Shown: positions 38,301 to 51,654, counted from the stretch's first letter. The stretch: DNA of 64,000 nt from Lingula anatina (GCA_051362555.1 CM120644.1:21970534-22034533), one strand, 5' to 3'. Program-made: numbers and translations. Notes: a model not told the origin generated them from the sequence alone.

Positions 38301-40857
38301 GGGTGACATAATAGTGCCATTCTTCAGCTGGGTGAAGAATCTTCACGTGCGAAGCAGTCAGCCGGATTATTCTGGCTGGCGTCTGGTTTATAATTTAGGC
38401 AGCTATAATGATTTGTTGTGGTGTCAGTTTTTCGTCTCTATGTAGTAACTTTCCGCTGTAGCATGTATATAAATAAATCCGTTTCCTCCATTCAGAAGGA
38501 GAAGAGTGAAGAGATAGAAGTGTCAACAGCAGGCTTTCAAGTCGCAGGCAGTGTAAAATAATCTCAAAGCAGGGGAGCGCGGAGATTTGATACGAAGAAG
38601 ACAGTCGGTTTGGGACAAAATATACCACTTTCAGTGTGAGGTCCGCTTAAGAGTGAAGGGGAGACGAGTCAGGACACTCTCCCTTGTCACATCCCCGCCG
38701 ATAAAGGCTCACTAGTGAGCAGTTTTTTGTCCCGGTAAGTTTGTACGTCAGTGTGCAGACTCTGTTTTGCCTGAGCCGCCTGCTTTCTGACTTCGGGACG
38801 CCGTATAAACCTGCTCAACCTGCCTATCACTAATATCACACAATTCATGAAGCAGCATGTATTTTGTCTTTATGTATAAAGAGCTTTCCTTTATTTATAA
38901 AAGCTTTTCCCTCTTCTTTTACAATCTTATTTTAAATGACATGTTCATCATAATAATAATGATGGACCCTTCCTATAGCAAAGCATGTGGATTCATTTTT
39001 CCTGGAAATTTCCAAACTTACTTTCCGTGATAACTTACATGTAGGTACACCATATTCAGAACCGTTCACAAAATTAAGATCTATCAACTGGTTTCTAACC
39101 TCTCGTAGTGGCGACAGGGATTAATGGACGCCATTCGTTATGATGAAAATAAGAAATAACAGCTTGAAAACGGGTTAAAAGATCGCACATTTTTCAACGA
39201 TTTTTAGATAAGGTATACCAAGACGGTACATGGATATTGATAAAATTTCTTGGAAAAGCCATTATGTTGGCTTTAGTGAGACCTTATGCCTATTTTTTGC
39301 CCTGAATTGTAATGTCTAAAGCACGTGTTGCACAAGTAATTTTTACTCATCAAGATATGACTGCTGCATAGCTACGCGAATGAAGTTTTCTTCTGTATTT
39401 TCTATATTGAGAGATAATGGAAAATCTTTACTACGCCGTTCCTCGCACACAGTTCTGCAGCCATTGGAATCCCCAGCGAAAAAAAAGGACATCTAGAAGC
39501 AGGCTTGACAGCCAAATGCCTTTTTCAGTTTCAAACCAACCTGAAGGCGTTCATAGTCTCCAGGGTCCTCCAATGCTGCAGCCATTAGCCAAATGATGTA
39601 AAACACATCGACCTTTGCCGCTAGCGGAAATGAAGAGATAGACGTGTCACTTCTAGGTCCCGTCAACAACCCCTGTCAATACTCTGCAGGAAACGAGCTC
39701 CGATCCACGATTCTTTCTAATCTGGCTTGTTGACGGAAAGATCACTTTAATATCCGATACACAGAAAAAGATATCATTGCAAGATGTTGGTAATATGCAT
39801 CATTTCTGTGCTTGCGATATTTTTTAAATCAAGTTTTGACATGTTTTTCCTGATATTACTTATTATTGCTCATAGAGGTGGAAGCAGCAGTGTCGTACAT
39901 ATATAACTGATGGAGGATCTTTTGGCCTGTCTACCGATTTTTCCTCATGTTCTCATCAGAAACTGATGTTTTGTTTGCAAGGAAATCGAAACAGAACATT
40001 GCTATGTCCACGACATACTCTTGTTTTTGCTGTTTCTTTTTTTAATATGTTCACAGCTCTTCTTGAATTGTCCGATTGTTTGATCGCTACTGCATTATTT
40101 GTTTTCGATACCGTCATAAATGCTGTCTTCATCTAATTTAGGTTATCATTATTCCAATGTGTCATATTGTACCGATTTCATTAGGAAAGTGCTGTATACA
40201 CACATCAGTATTCACACCACTTATAGCATCAAGACAGGGCTAATTAGTTGTGCCATATAGCGATCAACCATGCGGGTCACGTGAGTTCCAATATTTGCAA
40301 CTGACAGAACGTATCACCTAAAGGTTTTAATTTGCCTTCAAACACGGTTTCGGTTTTTCTGTAATTAGGGGTTATTGTTTAGAAAATTGCTAACTGCTGT
40401 AAGTTGACATCGTTACACTGCTAATCAACCGTTGCACTAGAATGTTACAGGTTCAATCAAATTACCTTGGCACTGTCGTTTATCAGGCCAATAATTGGAT
40501 TTATTGTTTTAGTTCTGGATTTTGTGTTAGCACGTTAAGATTCTGGATTTTGTGTTAGCACGTCTCTCAATCCCATGTAAAAAAGCCCAAACCTTCCAAT
40601 CGTTCATCCCAAACTGTTTTCTCTCTTCGTCTTTTATCTGAGAAAAGGTATTAGTTGGGACCAGAAAATCTATATAATGGCAGATACATTTATGTGATGT
40701 CTGGGAACAAGCGGCCACCAAGAGCAGATACATGTACCATTAAGCCAGGGTGTAGCACCGTGAGGTGATCCGTCTGGGTTTCTTGTATTATCCGTAGAAC
40801 ATCTTCAGCATTTACAGATAGGACTTCGAAGAGCAGACAGTCTGAGTAGTAGACTAA

Positions 40858-41072
40858 GGCTGTATTCCCAGAGCTTTTAGATCGATCTATTCCCGCGGGG
40901 AGTCTCACTAGATTACTGTCAGATAATCCGGCTTAAATGTCCGTCCCGCCTACTACAAGCTGTAAGGGGGTAATTAACTTTCGTGTCCGCTCGGCTGACA
41001 GCTATTTAGCGTGAACCCCCAGGGAGTTAGGTCGAACTAAAGTAGATCGATCTAATCTCTGGAAATGGGGTC
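40858..41072 (+). mobile_element. MITE family A, copy 7
   Basis: TAA-GGCTGTATTCCCAGAG...CTCTGGAAATGGGGTC-TAA; only a few differences from the 25620 copy. Confidence 0.9.
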
Positions 41073-42427
41073 TAAATCCTCCACACTACAATTGCGATGT
41101 CTCGTGATGAATGAATCAATTTTTGATTTTGCCAATAGAGTGGCACCAGTAGAGTGCTATCCAAACTGACCCGTCTTGCCCTGTTCTTCTTGCAGACGAG
41201 CCGGGATGAAAAGACTCCAATGGCCTAGGCAATATCTAGACGGAATTATGCCAAGTTTAATGATTTTCGTCAGAAATATTACTTCTGTTAATTAATCTTT
41301 ATGCCCCCCAAGGCAAATGTGGGTGGTGGGGGGGGGGGGGGGGGGAGGGGGGAGGAGTGTGTGTGCCCCTCATTCGTTTATTAAAACAATAGATTAACAA
41401 CAATAGACTCTCCGACCTTGCCAAAAAGGGTCAAAAGACTGATCTAAGGTTTGCACAGGGACTTGAAGATTCCCTTTATTATTTTTTTCTCACTGGGATG
41501 GGGGCAATGGGGTCTGGGGGGGGGGGGAGAGGGCATCCAACACCTTCGTGTTATTTTGGATCTTTGTTATTTTGACTTCTGCTCTTGCTGGTGCTATAGA
41601 GTGGGGGTAAAGGAGAGGGGGGGATGTAAAGCAACTCACTCCTCAATCGCTGTATTGAAGTCTAGACCCTACTTTGTCAAACGTACAGCCGTGGAACTAC
41701 ACCGGACTGTTACACATGGTATTGATGTGTTTGCCTATGCGTTTTCATCATGTTTTGATGAATATACAATCTCTGTGGAGAAAAATGAAATGTATTTCAT
41801 TAAAAAAAGATGTCTCGGTTACTGGTCTATCAAGGTGGCAGTGGCAGATTATTTCTCTCGGAGATGGATTAAGAAAACCCCCGTCGTCCGTCAGAATGGC
41901 TCGATTTCAAACCGCACAATTGAAACGCTAACAAGTTGGCTCTGTCGGCGTCAATATCGAAAAACCACTACAAATTTGATCAAGCGAGGCTGATATAATC
42001 CACGGAGAGATTTTGATTAATCATCGTAAAAAATGGCCTGTCAATACCTCTGACGGATGCGGTTAGACCACCAGGCGTGCGGCGTCGAGGCAAACCTTGC
42101 AAGAGCATTTTCTCTCTCTTAAATGCAAAGGAAATTGTTTAATTTCAAAGCAGTAAATTCCGGTGACATGGTATAATAAACGTGACTTTCTTTCGTAAGC
42201 AAACTTTTATAGGCTCAGCAAACAATAAACGGCTGCTACAAAGAGAACGCGTGTTTCGTAACAAGACGAATATATTACTTTGTGGTGAGTCAAACTGCTC
42301 GTGTGACATTGTGTGGTACGTTTCGCACAAATTAAACTATCTGTTGTTAGGTAAGTCGGCGTCACTGTCATTAAAGGTACTCAATCTTTGCCGTGTGCAA
42401 ATAACACGTAGGGAAGCAATTTTCAGG

Positions 42428-42468
<41 letters not shown>

Positions 42469-42826
42469 ACTGGAGGGGGAACAGTAGCAATTTTACGTGT
42501 GGGGGTGACACGATAAAGAGACAGGCACTATGTAAGTTTGTGTTGTTGTCACGCAGTACTGCTATAGGTAAATATTATTTAGATAAATATTATTTTTATT
42601 ACATTTTCTGAATACTTTAAAAGTTCTTAGAGCCAGTGAAGGTTCTAAGCAGTCACAGTGATATACATCACCCTTCATCAATACCATTAGGCTAATCAGT
42701 TATTTCCACAGTCCATTGGCGCATATATATTGTACTATTAACATGTGGATCAAGTGATGGAAGTGAACGGAGGAGATATGGTCCTTGTTTTTGCCAGCGG
42801 CGACAGCGGCGGAAGCAGCAATCAAT

Positions 42827-42869
<43 letters not shown>

Positions 42870-44561
42870 ATTTGTCAATAAAGAAATTCCCGGGCTCACA
42901 TTTATAAGTAATAAATGTAAAACGACCACTTTATTCCCCTGATTCAAACAGCAGGAACTGACTCTCAGTACGAACTCTTGTGAGTGTCCGCCACACTGCC
43001 TAGCAATATAGATTGTGACAGTTTCAGTAACCCTGCAGACATAGACTGAAATACATTCATATGCATAGCCTGTTCAGTTAGCAATTAAAGCGAACGTTTA
43101 TATTCATTTTGACCACATAGGTTACTCAAAATTATCAACCGAGCTTTCAGATTAACCTATTCTATACTTCATCTATGAGACGTGGACATTTGAACGGTTC
43201 ACGAGATCTGGTCACCGAGGCCACATTTGCATAATGAGTGGTAATTAAAGAAATGTTAATCGTACAACGTACATTCACCTCTCTTACCCTAGAGATTTAA
43301 ACACTCGTGAAGGCATGTGAAACCATTTTGCTGTCATTTCAATAAAATGAACTAGCATTTAATTACGACTATATTTACTGGTATAAAAATGTATACTCAA
43401 TATATGCGTCCATTCAAGGTAAACAGAAAAATGAAAAATAAAGTTAAAAACACATTCGCAAATTTCAATATTTCTAAAATTCTGGTAAAAGAAACCGATA
43501 AATTTATTTTTTGTGTGTAATCATGCAAATATCTATCGATACATGCCTTGGCACAAAGTTCATATTCAGTACGATGGTTAGAGCAAGGAAACATATGGTT
43601 AGAGTGACGAAAATAGAATAACAACGCTTTTGTATAATGTTAACAAAATTAATGTTAAAAACTCAGACGACACGCACTTAAAAGGTATTACGATATGCAT
43701 GTTTAATTTACTGATGAATTTGTCCTTAACTTCAAGAATATTTTCACAATGCCTGGTAACGAAAAGATTTTGCAAATTACTTTGTAAGAGAATGCAGTGT
43801 TGACGTGTTTCGTGTACAACATATCGTCACCATATCGTCTGCAAATCATGGATGTTTCTGAAAGACATTTTAAATGGCTAAGAATATTGATAATGACCTG
43901 CGACAAAAGAAGTCACGATTTTTTATGCCGGGCGACACCGTGAAAGTAGCCGCAAGCTATTGATTGCGTTATCTAAAATAAACATTCTAGACACACACCC
44001 ACACTTCGTTTGATCTACTTGTTATCAGATATATGTATGGAACAAATAACTAAGAGGCCAATTTGACTTTTCTTTATCGTTAAATGTATGAAGTATTTGA
44101 TTACAGAAACCAGTTGAAACATTTCTAAAAAATATGCCATCGAAATGGCTAGCTATAATGTACAATACCCCCGGAAAAACAACATAAAAGTCTACGGGCT
44201 GATAGGGAAGGAACACGAGAACACTCGGGATCAATGCTGCACATGGTCTTTAGGGAACACTGAGAAGTACAGATAACCGCTGATGCTCTTACGGCGGTGC
44301 ACAGAGCCCCCAATCTCCCCCGATCGCCAGATTTTCTGACAGTTTTTCCAGATTATCTTTGCTGGCCCATCCTCCGCAGTGCGTAATTAACAAATTTAAT
44401 TGTCAACTACCAGGCATTTAAATTGCATCAACAAGTCTCATCACATCTATTGTCACCGACGTTAGTAAGAAAGTCACGGAACGCCATCACAAAGTAACAA
44501 GATCGTCAACGAGCGCCAGATCCTTTGCTGCTTTTTAATGCATCCCACGGCAGCACACTTA

Positions 44562-44776
44562 CACCCCATTTCCATAGATTAGATCGACCTACTTTAGATC
44601 GACCTAACTCCCTGGGGGTTCACGCTAAATAGCTGTCAGCTGGGCGGACACGAAAGTTAATTACCCCTTCACAGCTTGTAGTAGGCGGGACGGACATTTA
44701 AGTCGTATTATCCGAAAGTAATCTAGTGAGACTCCCCGCGGGGATAGATCGATCTAAAATCTATGAGAATAGAGCC
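44562..44776 (-). mobile_element. MITE family A, copy 8
   Basis: Reverse-complement copy flanked by TTA and TAA. Confidence 0.88.
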
Positions 44777-45525
44777 TAAGGCAAAAAGAAAATTGGTCAT
44801 CTCTGTTCCACGTAGCCTTCCCTAACTCCACTGTATTCAGTATATAACTCAGCTGAAGCAAAGGCCCTTGGCTTGTATGTCGTCACAGTACCACGTGACC
44901 CAGATATGTCGCAATTTTTTTGCATATTCGGTTAAGGTATTTTTAAAACGCCTTTATTTTCTACTAAGAGGTTGTTTTTATACTATTCATGGGGTGGCAA
45001 TCGATCCCAACATATTTGTAGTGTGCAGATTGAGTGCTGGATCTACGAAATTCGAAAATGGAGGTTAATGTGTCTCAAACCCTTTAATGTATCCGTCCAT
45101 CTTTTAAACTATCGAAACCGATAACGACGTCACGAAGGAATAAGAGATAAGAGGTCCTCAGTGTGGCGGAGAGATTGAAGAAATCCTATAATGGCAAAAT
45201 CCAGAATGTATAAAAACAGCGGAGATCTAACTGGGCAATGAAGGCACTGATGGTTTGAGATAGAAGACAAACACGGACCCGTATCCTCTGTGCCCGTGTG
45301 CCGCTGTGTTCTAAGCTCCCAGTGTTTTCATGATTGATCGCGACTGGTTTCTCCGAATTTTGATACCTCCTTTGAGATTCTAGGCGTTTTTAGGTTCATA
45401 TCGACATCACTGAAGTAAGACAAGATAGTCCTTCTTGGTAAAATTCTTCACAGCCAAGGGCATCAAGGTCAAACACACGACTGCATTGCGGCATTCAACT
45501 TCACCAGACGACAAAAATAGAACGC

Positions 45526-45576
<51 letters not shown>

Positions 45577-47296
45577 GAGCCCCATTTTAATCTATTTGCA
45601 GTAGTAGGTCTTGGTTTTGCAAGGTAACCGGCTGTATACGGAACAAGCCGTATGCGGAATAATTTCAATTAAGTCCATTGGTTGATCTCTGGGGATTGCT
45701 GCACTCCAAGGGATCAGATAATTTTGAAAAACAGTTTGTTTTTTTTTTTTTTTTTTGGGGGGGGGGGGGGGAGAAGGGGGGTGTCTTTATAACGTGTATG
45801 ATTTTCCATTTCTTTATCCCAGTCCACCAGAAGCTACATACATTTTCCTTCAGTTGAGCGTCTAGATCAGTACCACAAGCAATATGAATAATATGTTTGA
45901 CTGTGTATATAACACTTGAACAGCATTTCTATGATTTCCCCCAGTCTCCGGTCCTGCTCTCTGCCGCCTACAGATACATGTGTTATAACCTGGTAATGCA
46001 AAGTCAACCAGACTGCTGTGCCGGCCTGAGCCTCTCTGGAATATCCTGCATTTGCCAGCAGAGTCACATGAATATGCATGGGCACGACACGCTGTAGATG
46101 AAATACGTTTAAACTTTTGCATTTGGCACGTTTATGAACATCTCTGGATCGTAAAACGGAGCCTGCATTTGGCAAAATGGTCAGCGACTGATCCAGGTTT
46201 TATTATTGTTATTATTTACACACGGTACTGACTTATTTTATCTCTTGTTAAGATTCATGTAAAGGACTATTTGGATCTATGTCTTCATTTTACCTCACGG
46301 TTGTAGTACTATCAAAGTGTAAATATAGCTCCATTTGCATTTATTGACCTGATCTGGGCGCGCACTTGAGTCGAACCAAAATTTGCTGTGTGGAAACACA
46401 TTTTATGGCCGGGGCTTTTAAGAATAGTTTGGGAGACCAATAAATAAATAATTAAATAAGTATTTAAGTTGAAAGAATAAATCCCTTAGAACAGTTGAAA
46501 TTAACAAGGTCGACCCATCCTCTCACCATCATGTTCCGAAAGGGAAACAAGATTCCCCCAGGGACGGGGATTACTGACGGGTGGGGGTGGGGGGGGGGGG
46601 GCAGGGGGTACACGACCCCCAGATATTATTAAAATGTATTTTTATTTTGGGATATCTGAAAAATATTAGTTGTTTCCTTCTTCCACTCCACCGGAAGTCT
46701 TTTTCTTGTTCTTGACGGCAGTACCGCAGACAGCGTGTGGACACTAACAAGCCATGTGAGCGTTCTCTCAAACCCCCCCCCCCCCCCAACATTACAGGGA
46801 CAAGACACCTAGGAACTGGACAGTGTGGCAGACGACACTGCTGACTGGCTGATAGCAGACCTAACATACCTGTTAGCTGAAACCTGAGCGTTCTCTCATT
46901 TCCTTTATTTCAGAGACCAGACGCGAAAACCCGGGCAATGTGGCAGACTATATATAATGAATTGTAAACTTGGGATTAACACAAGCTTCAAAATCAATGG
47001 TTTACTTTTTTTCTACCTTTGAAGCAATACACCTACATGCTTCTGTCACATGTCACTTGTCTGATAAAAGTAAATTATTGAACCTCCATTGTTGTGAAGA
47101 TTTATAATTAATATATACTGTTGTCCTCTTTCATTCTAGTGGATAAAGCAGCGTCAGCAGTTTATAGGAAAACGACAAGAGGGTTTGCTGCTTTGAACAT
47201 AGCGCATTCCGCGTGGCTCTCCACCTAAAGTTGACTCACAACGCAACTCGTGCTAAGAGGAAGACGACACAACGAGGACCAGAAGACACACGTTGA

Positions 47297-48160
47297 ATGC
47301 AACGACACAACCATCCCTCAGGACGCACGCGCTCTGGCAGACCTAGCGCCGCCATGAGGTTTAAAGAACGATTTATACAGTGGGAACAAAACAGTCGACT
47401 CCGCGGGCGATGGGTGTTCTTAATTTTCGTCCTCTCCGGGATGCTTCTCGTCGGAGTTCCGTTTCTATTGATGATACTTGGAGGACGTGTAGGGCCAGCC
47501 GGACAAAGATTTGGATTTCTAGGAATTCTAATAGGCCCCGCAGTTTTTATATTTTCTTGGACGATGTATTGTGTATGTTCTCTGGGGAGAGAGTGCTCCC
47601 AAAACGTTACTTTGGATGATGAGAAGGAGGTAAAAGTTAAACATGAGAATAGCAGTTCGGGTGGAGGTTATTTCACAGACTATGCTAAGTACAGGGCGGC
47701 TAAACTGAAAAGTGACAGTACGCCTGCGCACAGTACGTCGGCGGGGGCGCCAACGATAACGACGCTAGTTTTTGAGGAGAGCGAAGCGCGCTCAACGTCG
47801 GAACCGTCGAGTCCCTTTTTAGATAGGGACAGCGTCTCAATAGCTGAGTCAAACGTGACCTGTCTCGAAATCAGAGACAGCTTAGCCAAAAAATATTACT
47901 ACAGAGTGTTTGATGAAGATTTAGACGAGTATGCCTCTTTCGAACCTGTTAAAATACACAACTCTGGGCAGATTAGGCACTCGGCAAGTTTGGACAGAGA
48001 AAAAGTCAACAAAGCTCCGATTGTTTTACCGAACAATTTACACGCGTCGGTGAAAACAAAGGATAACGTTAAAGGCCAATCAGGCGGCTTATACAAGGAT
48101 AATACAAAGGAAACGTTCCATATGCTCTCCACAGAATGGCTGGCTCATATCGCCAAATAG
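47297..48160 (+). CDS. Uncharacterised two-transmembrane protein, 287 aa (or 268 aa from the second ATG), single coding exon
   Basis: 864-nt non-repetitive ORF in AT-rich DNA. Two hydrophobic helices (WVFLIFVLSGMLLVGVPFLLMIL; FGFLGILIGPAVFIFSWTMYCVC) joined by a short Gly-rich loop, then a long Ser/charged tail. Acceptor tcctctttcattctag|47140 upstream; good Kozak context gccgccATG at the second Met. Confidence 0.8.
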   Translation: MQRHNHPSGRTRSGRPSAAMRFKERFIQWEQNSRLRGRWVFLIFVLSGMLLVGVPFLLMILGGRVGPAGQRFGFLGILIGPAVFIFSWTMYCVCSLGRECSQNVTLDDEKEVKVKHENSSSGGGYFTDYAKYRAAKLKSDSTPAHSTSAGAPTITTLVFEESEARSTSEPSSPFLDRDSVSIAESNVTCLEIRDSLAKKYYYRVFDEDLDEYASFEPVKIHNSGQIRHSASLDREKVNKAPIVLPNNLHASVKTKDNVKGQSGGLYKDNTKETFHMLSTEWLAHIAK

Positions 48161-49174
48161 TGTTCTGGGGCTGAGGAATAATTCATCTTAGGTGCTTTTT
48201 GACGGTGTTAATGCTGACAAAATTTTAAAGATTTTCATTTCTATAGCTGTACTTAGATGGTCAGAAAATTTGTTAAATGACATGTTAGCTTAGAGGTATT
48301 AGACAATAAGAGGTTTTGATGTAGTCTAGGATCCAAAATAAGAATCCTTGACGTAATATTGGTACTTCTTTACACAACTATGTGTTCTCCAAATAATTAA
48401 ACCGTCAACTGTTATTGCAGCGTGGTGAGTTATGTCTTCACTTGATTAAAAACCGTTCCATTCTCGGTTTGATAATTTTCACAGCCGTATGGAGACAGTT
48501 AGGACAAGGGCCATTTAAACCGAAGCTCAGATTGACTTGCGTCAACAAACGACCGATCTAAAGAAAGCCTTGTCTGAATTAGCTTTTGCAAATGGACGCG
48601 TTCTATGTTGATGTGTGCTAAAGTCGTACACCCTCGCATAAAAACAAAAATAATTGAATAAAATAAAATAAAGTGAGGGAGCCAACTAGTTAAAGAAATG
48701 CAATTAACGGTGGGGGTACGTAGAATAACAGCAAAATTATTTACTTGAGCTTGAATATCTGTTGTCTAGGGTCTTGGCAAAGCGACGAAATACTAAAATG
48801 GCCAACGTATGTGTACAGGATTCCGTAGATCGCTTTTCACTATGCTTAAGACCGATGTGACGTGACATGGCCAAATGCCCTGACCCCCCCCCCCCCGTAC
48901 CCCCCCTTCTCGGTTCCAGTGGGGTTCAGAAAACACAATGCGGTACATCTCAGCAGACGTAGTTTTTGCGATTAGCTCATCTCGAGACTCACCTTACATA
49001 ATATGGCGATAGAAGGGACCACTTGGGATTAGGTCTGCTGTCCAACGGGGGCGTGGCCATCAAACTAACTGTACTGACCACTGACTGTTTACACCTAGAC
49101 TAGCGGTCAGTGAAGGTCACTTTACTCCAATCAGTTCACCCCTCTCCCTAGCAGAGCGCACATAAAACTTGCCA

Positions 49175-49320
49175 GGTGTAACAAGACTACCAAGAATGGT
49201 AGTCTTAGGAATGGAAGTTCGGGGTTACTCATGCTTAGTACATGTTAGGGTTAGTCGGAGTATTAGGGTTGGTATATGGGACGGATGTCACCTGTACAAA
49301 GTAAATAGGAACGGACGACG
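49175..49320 (+). repeat. Interspersed repeat fragment containing TTAGGG-like motifs, homologue of 30155-30290
   Basis: gttagggttagtcggagtattagggttggtatatggga...atgtcacctgtacaaagtaaataggaa. Confidence 0.7.
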
Positions 49321-50459
49321 GTTTCTAGCCGACTTCCATTCCTGTTACACCGGCACGAGGGTCGTTGTTTTTGTTAACTAGGGGCATTTACAGTGATACT
49401 ATCGTAGGTAGTTCGCAGAGACTCTAGTTGATTGCAATTATAAGATTAAAAGTTCAACAAGCTTTTCCTGGCGTTGAAATCTGAAATGTTCATTCTGATC
49501 TTGACCACACTCTCGAATAAGTCCCAAAATTCTCGTGTGATTTTACGGCATTTTGCGATACTTCGGATAGTACTGGGTGAATGCATTGTTTCATTTAAAT
49601 ACTTGGAATTTTGGCAATTTTTTCGGGAACCTTCAACAATGTCCTCGAATCACCAACTGGTGAACAGCTAATTTTCACCTCGCGTCCCTGAAGGCGACAA
49701 AAAACAAACATTTATTATTAAATGGAAACATCACCACCATACAGTAAATGGACAGATTTCTGTGAAAGATCGATAAACGCAATCATAACGATAACAGGTC
49801 AATTAAACAAGTGTAAATGAAAGGTCAATTAAGTGCATATTGACAACATAGTAGACATTAGGTAACTGAAGTGCAAGTGACCGAAGATTTATATGTGTTT
49901 TGGGGTTTTAAAAAGTCATTAATCATGTCAAATTGTTCTCTGTCCGCCGCCGCCAGCTGTACATGCCAGAGGAGGTGTGAAGCCACGTTTACACTGGGGT
50001 TATGGAGTAATGGGACGATCCAAGCCCGGATGATTTTCATTCACGCTGTGGAGATGACTCTTGGCAGGGCAAGATCAGCAACGGGGACGGGAGGGGCGGA
50101 GTCTGGGTGGAGAGTTTTGACTGTCGAGGACCTAAGAGAAATTCAGTGAATATTTTTTTCTTTTTTGTTTTCAATCTGATACAGTGACCATGTACCTATA
50201 CTGCAAATTTCGCTTACGTTTCCAAGAATCCGTGTTGTCTTTTGTTAAAAAAATGAAAGATGCTATCACTTGTTTTCCTCTTCTGAACATCTTGTCCTCA
50301 AAATTGGATTCTACTCATCCGGGGCATTTCTGAGAACCACATTAAGACATCTGAATGCATACACGATATTCATCACGATTTTATAGTCTGCCAGCGATTT
50401 ACAGTTTTAACTATATAAGCTTGACCAGTGAATGAGTTATGGTTTTTCTATTGGATAAC

Positions 50460-50532
<73 letters not shown>

Positions 50533-51194
50533 ATGCTTTAGAGTCTTGTGTCCAAATCATTTGTTATTGTGGTAGAGAAGACACTTGACTGCTTGACAAC
50601 ATAAATCGATAGTTTTGTCAAAAAATGTTCCTCCACCTTACCTCTACCATCCAAAACTTAAGATAAGCAATGGAGGGGGGGGGGGGGTATAAAAAACTAC
50701 GCACCTGAAATTGACTTATTTCAGTACATATGTTGAAAATGAAGTAAATAAATTGCATTGATATAGTTTTTAAGAAGGGAGCAGTCAACTTAACAGAGTC
50801 AATATTTTAAGTGTCTCAAACATTTAAAGCACCGAAACTCTCAAACGGGAGGTCTGCAAAGACAATGTCAAAGACTACGTATATTTATCAATTGATCAAC
50901 TATATTATTGGCTTTCAGTTTTACCAGGGTTTCTGTTAATATCATCAAAATATTGATTTTACATGTTTTAAAATCCCTGTGCTTTCTAGAATTTATAACT
51001 GAACATTCAAACTTAAATAACAAAATAACACAACAACAACATCAACAAAAACAACAACAACAACAATGATAATTATAAAAATAATACACGCTGCTATTTC
51101 ATTACAAAAGAGGACCAGGGTTATGTCCGGTGAATCTGAATAAGATGTCACGTGTGTAAATACTCAGGCCTTATAAACGAATTAGGCGTTTACC

Positions 51195-51393
51195 AACAGT
51201 ACCCGCAGTTCTTTTAGCACTAACAACCATTTTAACCACATAAGCCACAAAATTACCAGCACTACCAGAGCGGATGAATTGTTAGTGCTAGGTATCACTT
51301 TGCTGGTGCTAAATAATTGCGCGGTGTGTTGGTTAATTCATGGGTTTTGAGATTAATATGGGCGTTAGTGCTAAAAGATCTGCGGGTACTGTT
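51195..51393. mobile_element. ~200 bp foldback MITE upstream of CYP copy A (right arm deleted in copy B at 57800-57960)
   Basis: TIR AACAGTACCCGCAG.TCTTTTAGCACTAAC / GTTAGTGCTAAAAGA.CTGCGGGTACTGTT. Confidence 0.8.
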
Positions 51394-51397
51394 AATA

Positions 51398-51654
51398 CAG
51401 TGGCGACTTTAGAGGAGAAGGGGGTCAGGGGGGGTACTGTTCCCCCTTCGACTTCTGAAAAATATATAATAGAATATTGACTAGCTTAATCATACTTCTA
51501 AACCGTACCAAAAGGCACTGTTTGCTCTCTAAAACACACACACACACAAACACAAACACACAAAATTCGGGGCCCTTGAGCAGGCCCCAAACCCCACACC
51601 AAGGGGGCGACGGTCGTTCCGGACCCCCTTCAAATGATCCTGGATCCGCCTCTG
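51398..51654. mobile_element. hAT-like MITE (CAGTGGCG...TGGATCCGCCTCTG); related fragments at 57970-58169 and, inverted, at 60198-60378
   Basis: CAG..GCG / CGC..CTG termini. The shared internal segment cttctaaaccgtaccaaaaggcactgtttgctctc recurs as a reverse complement in intron 2 of CYP copy B. No 8-bp TSD visible. Confidence 0.6.

Noticed and set aside
41451-41993. 180-aa ORF
   Set aside because: Starts at a non-ATG codon, crosses G-runs, and has no recognisable domain or convincing splice context.
10467-44776. Recurrent palindromic ~215-bp units as a CRISPR-like or ncRNA array
   Set aside because: Dispersed, in both orientations, with TSDs and no repeat-spacer periodicity; these are MITEs.
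49240-49275. TTAGGG motifs as an interstitial telomere
   Set aside because: Only two or three degenerate units, inside a dispersed repeat also present at 30155-30290.
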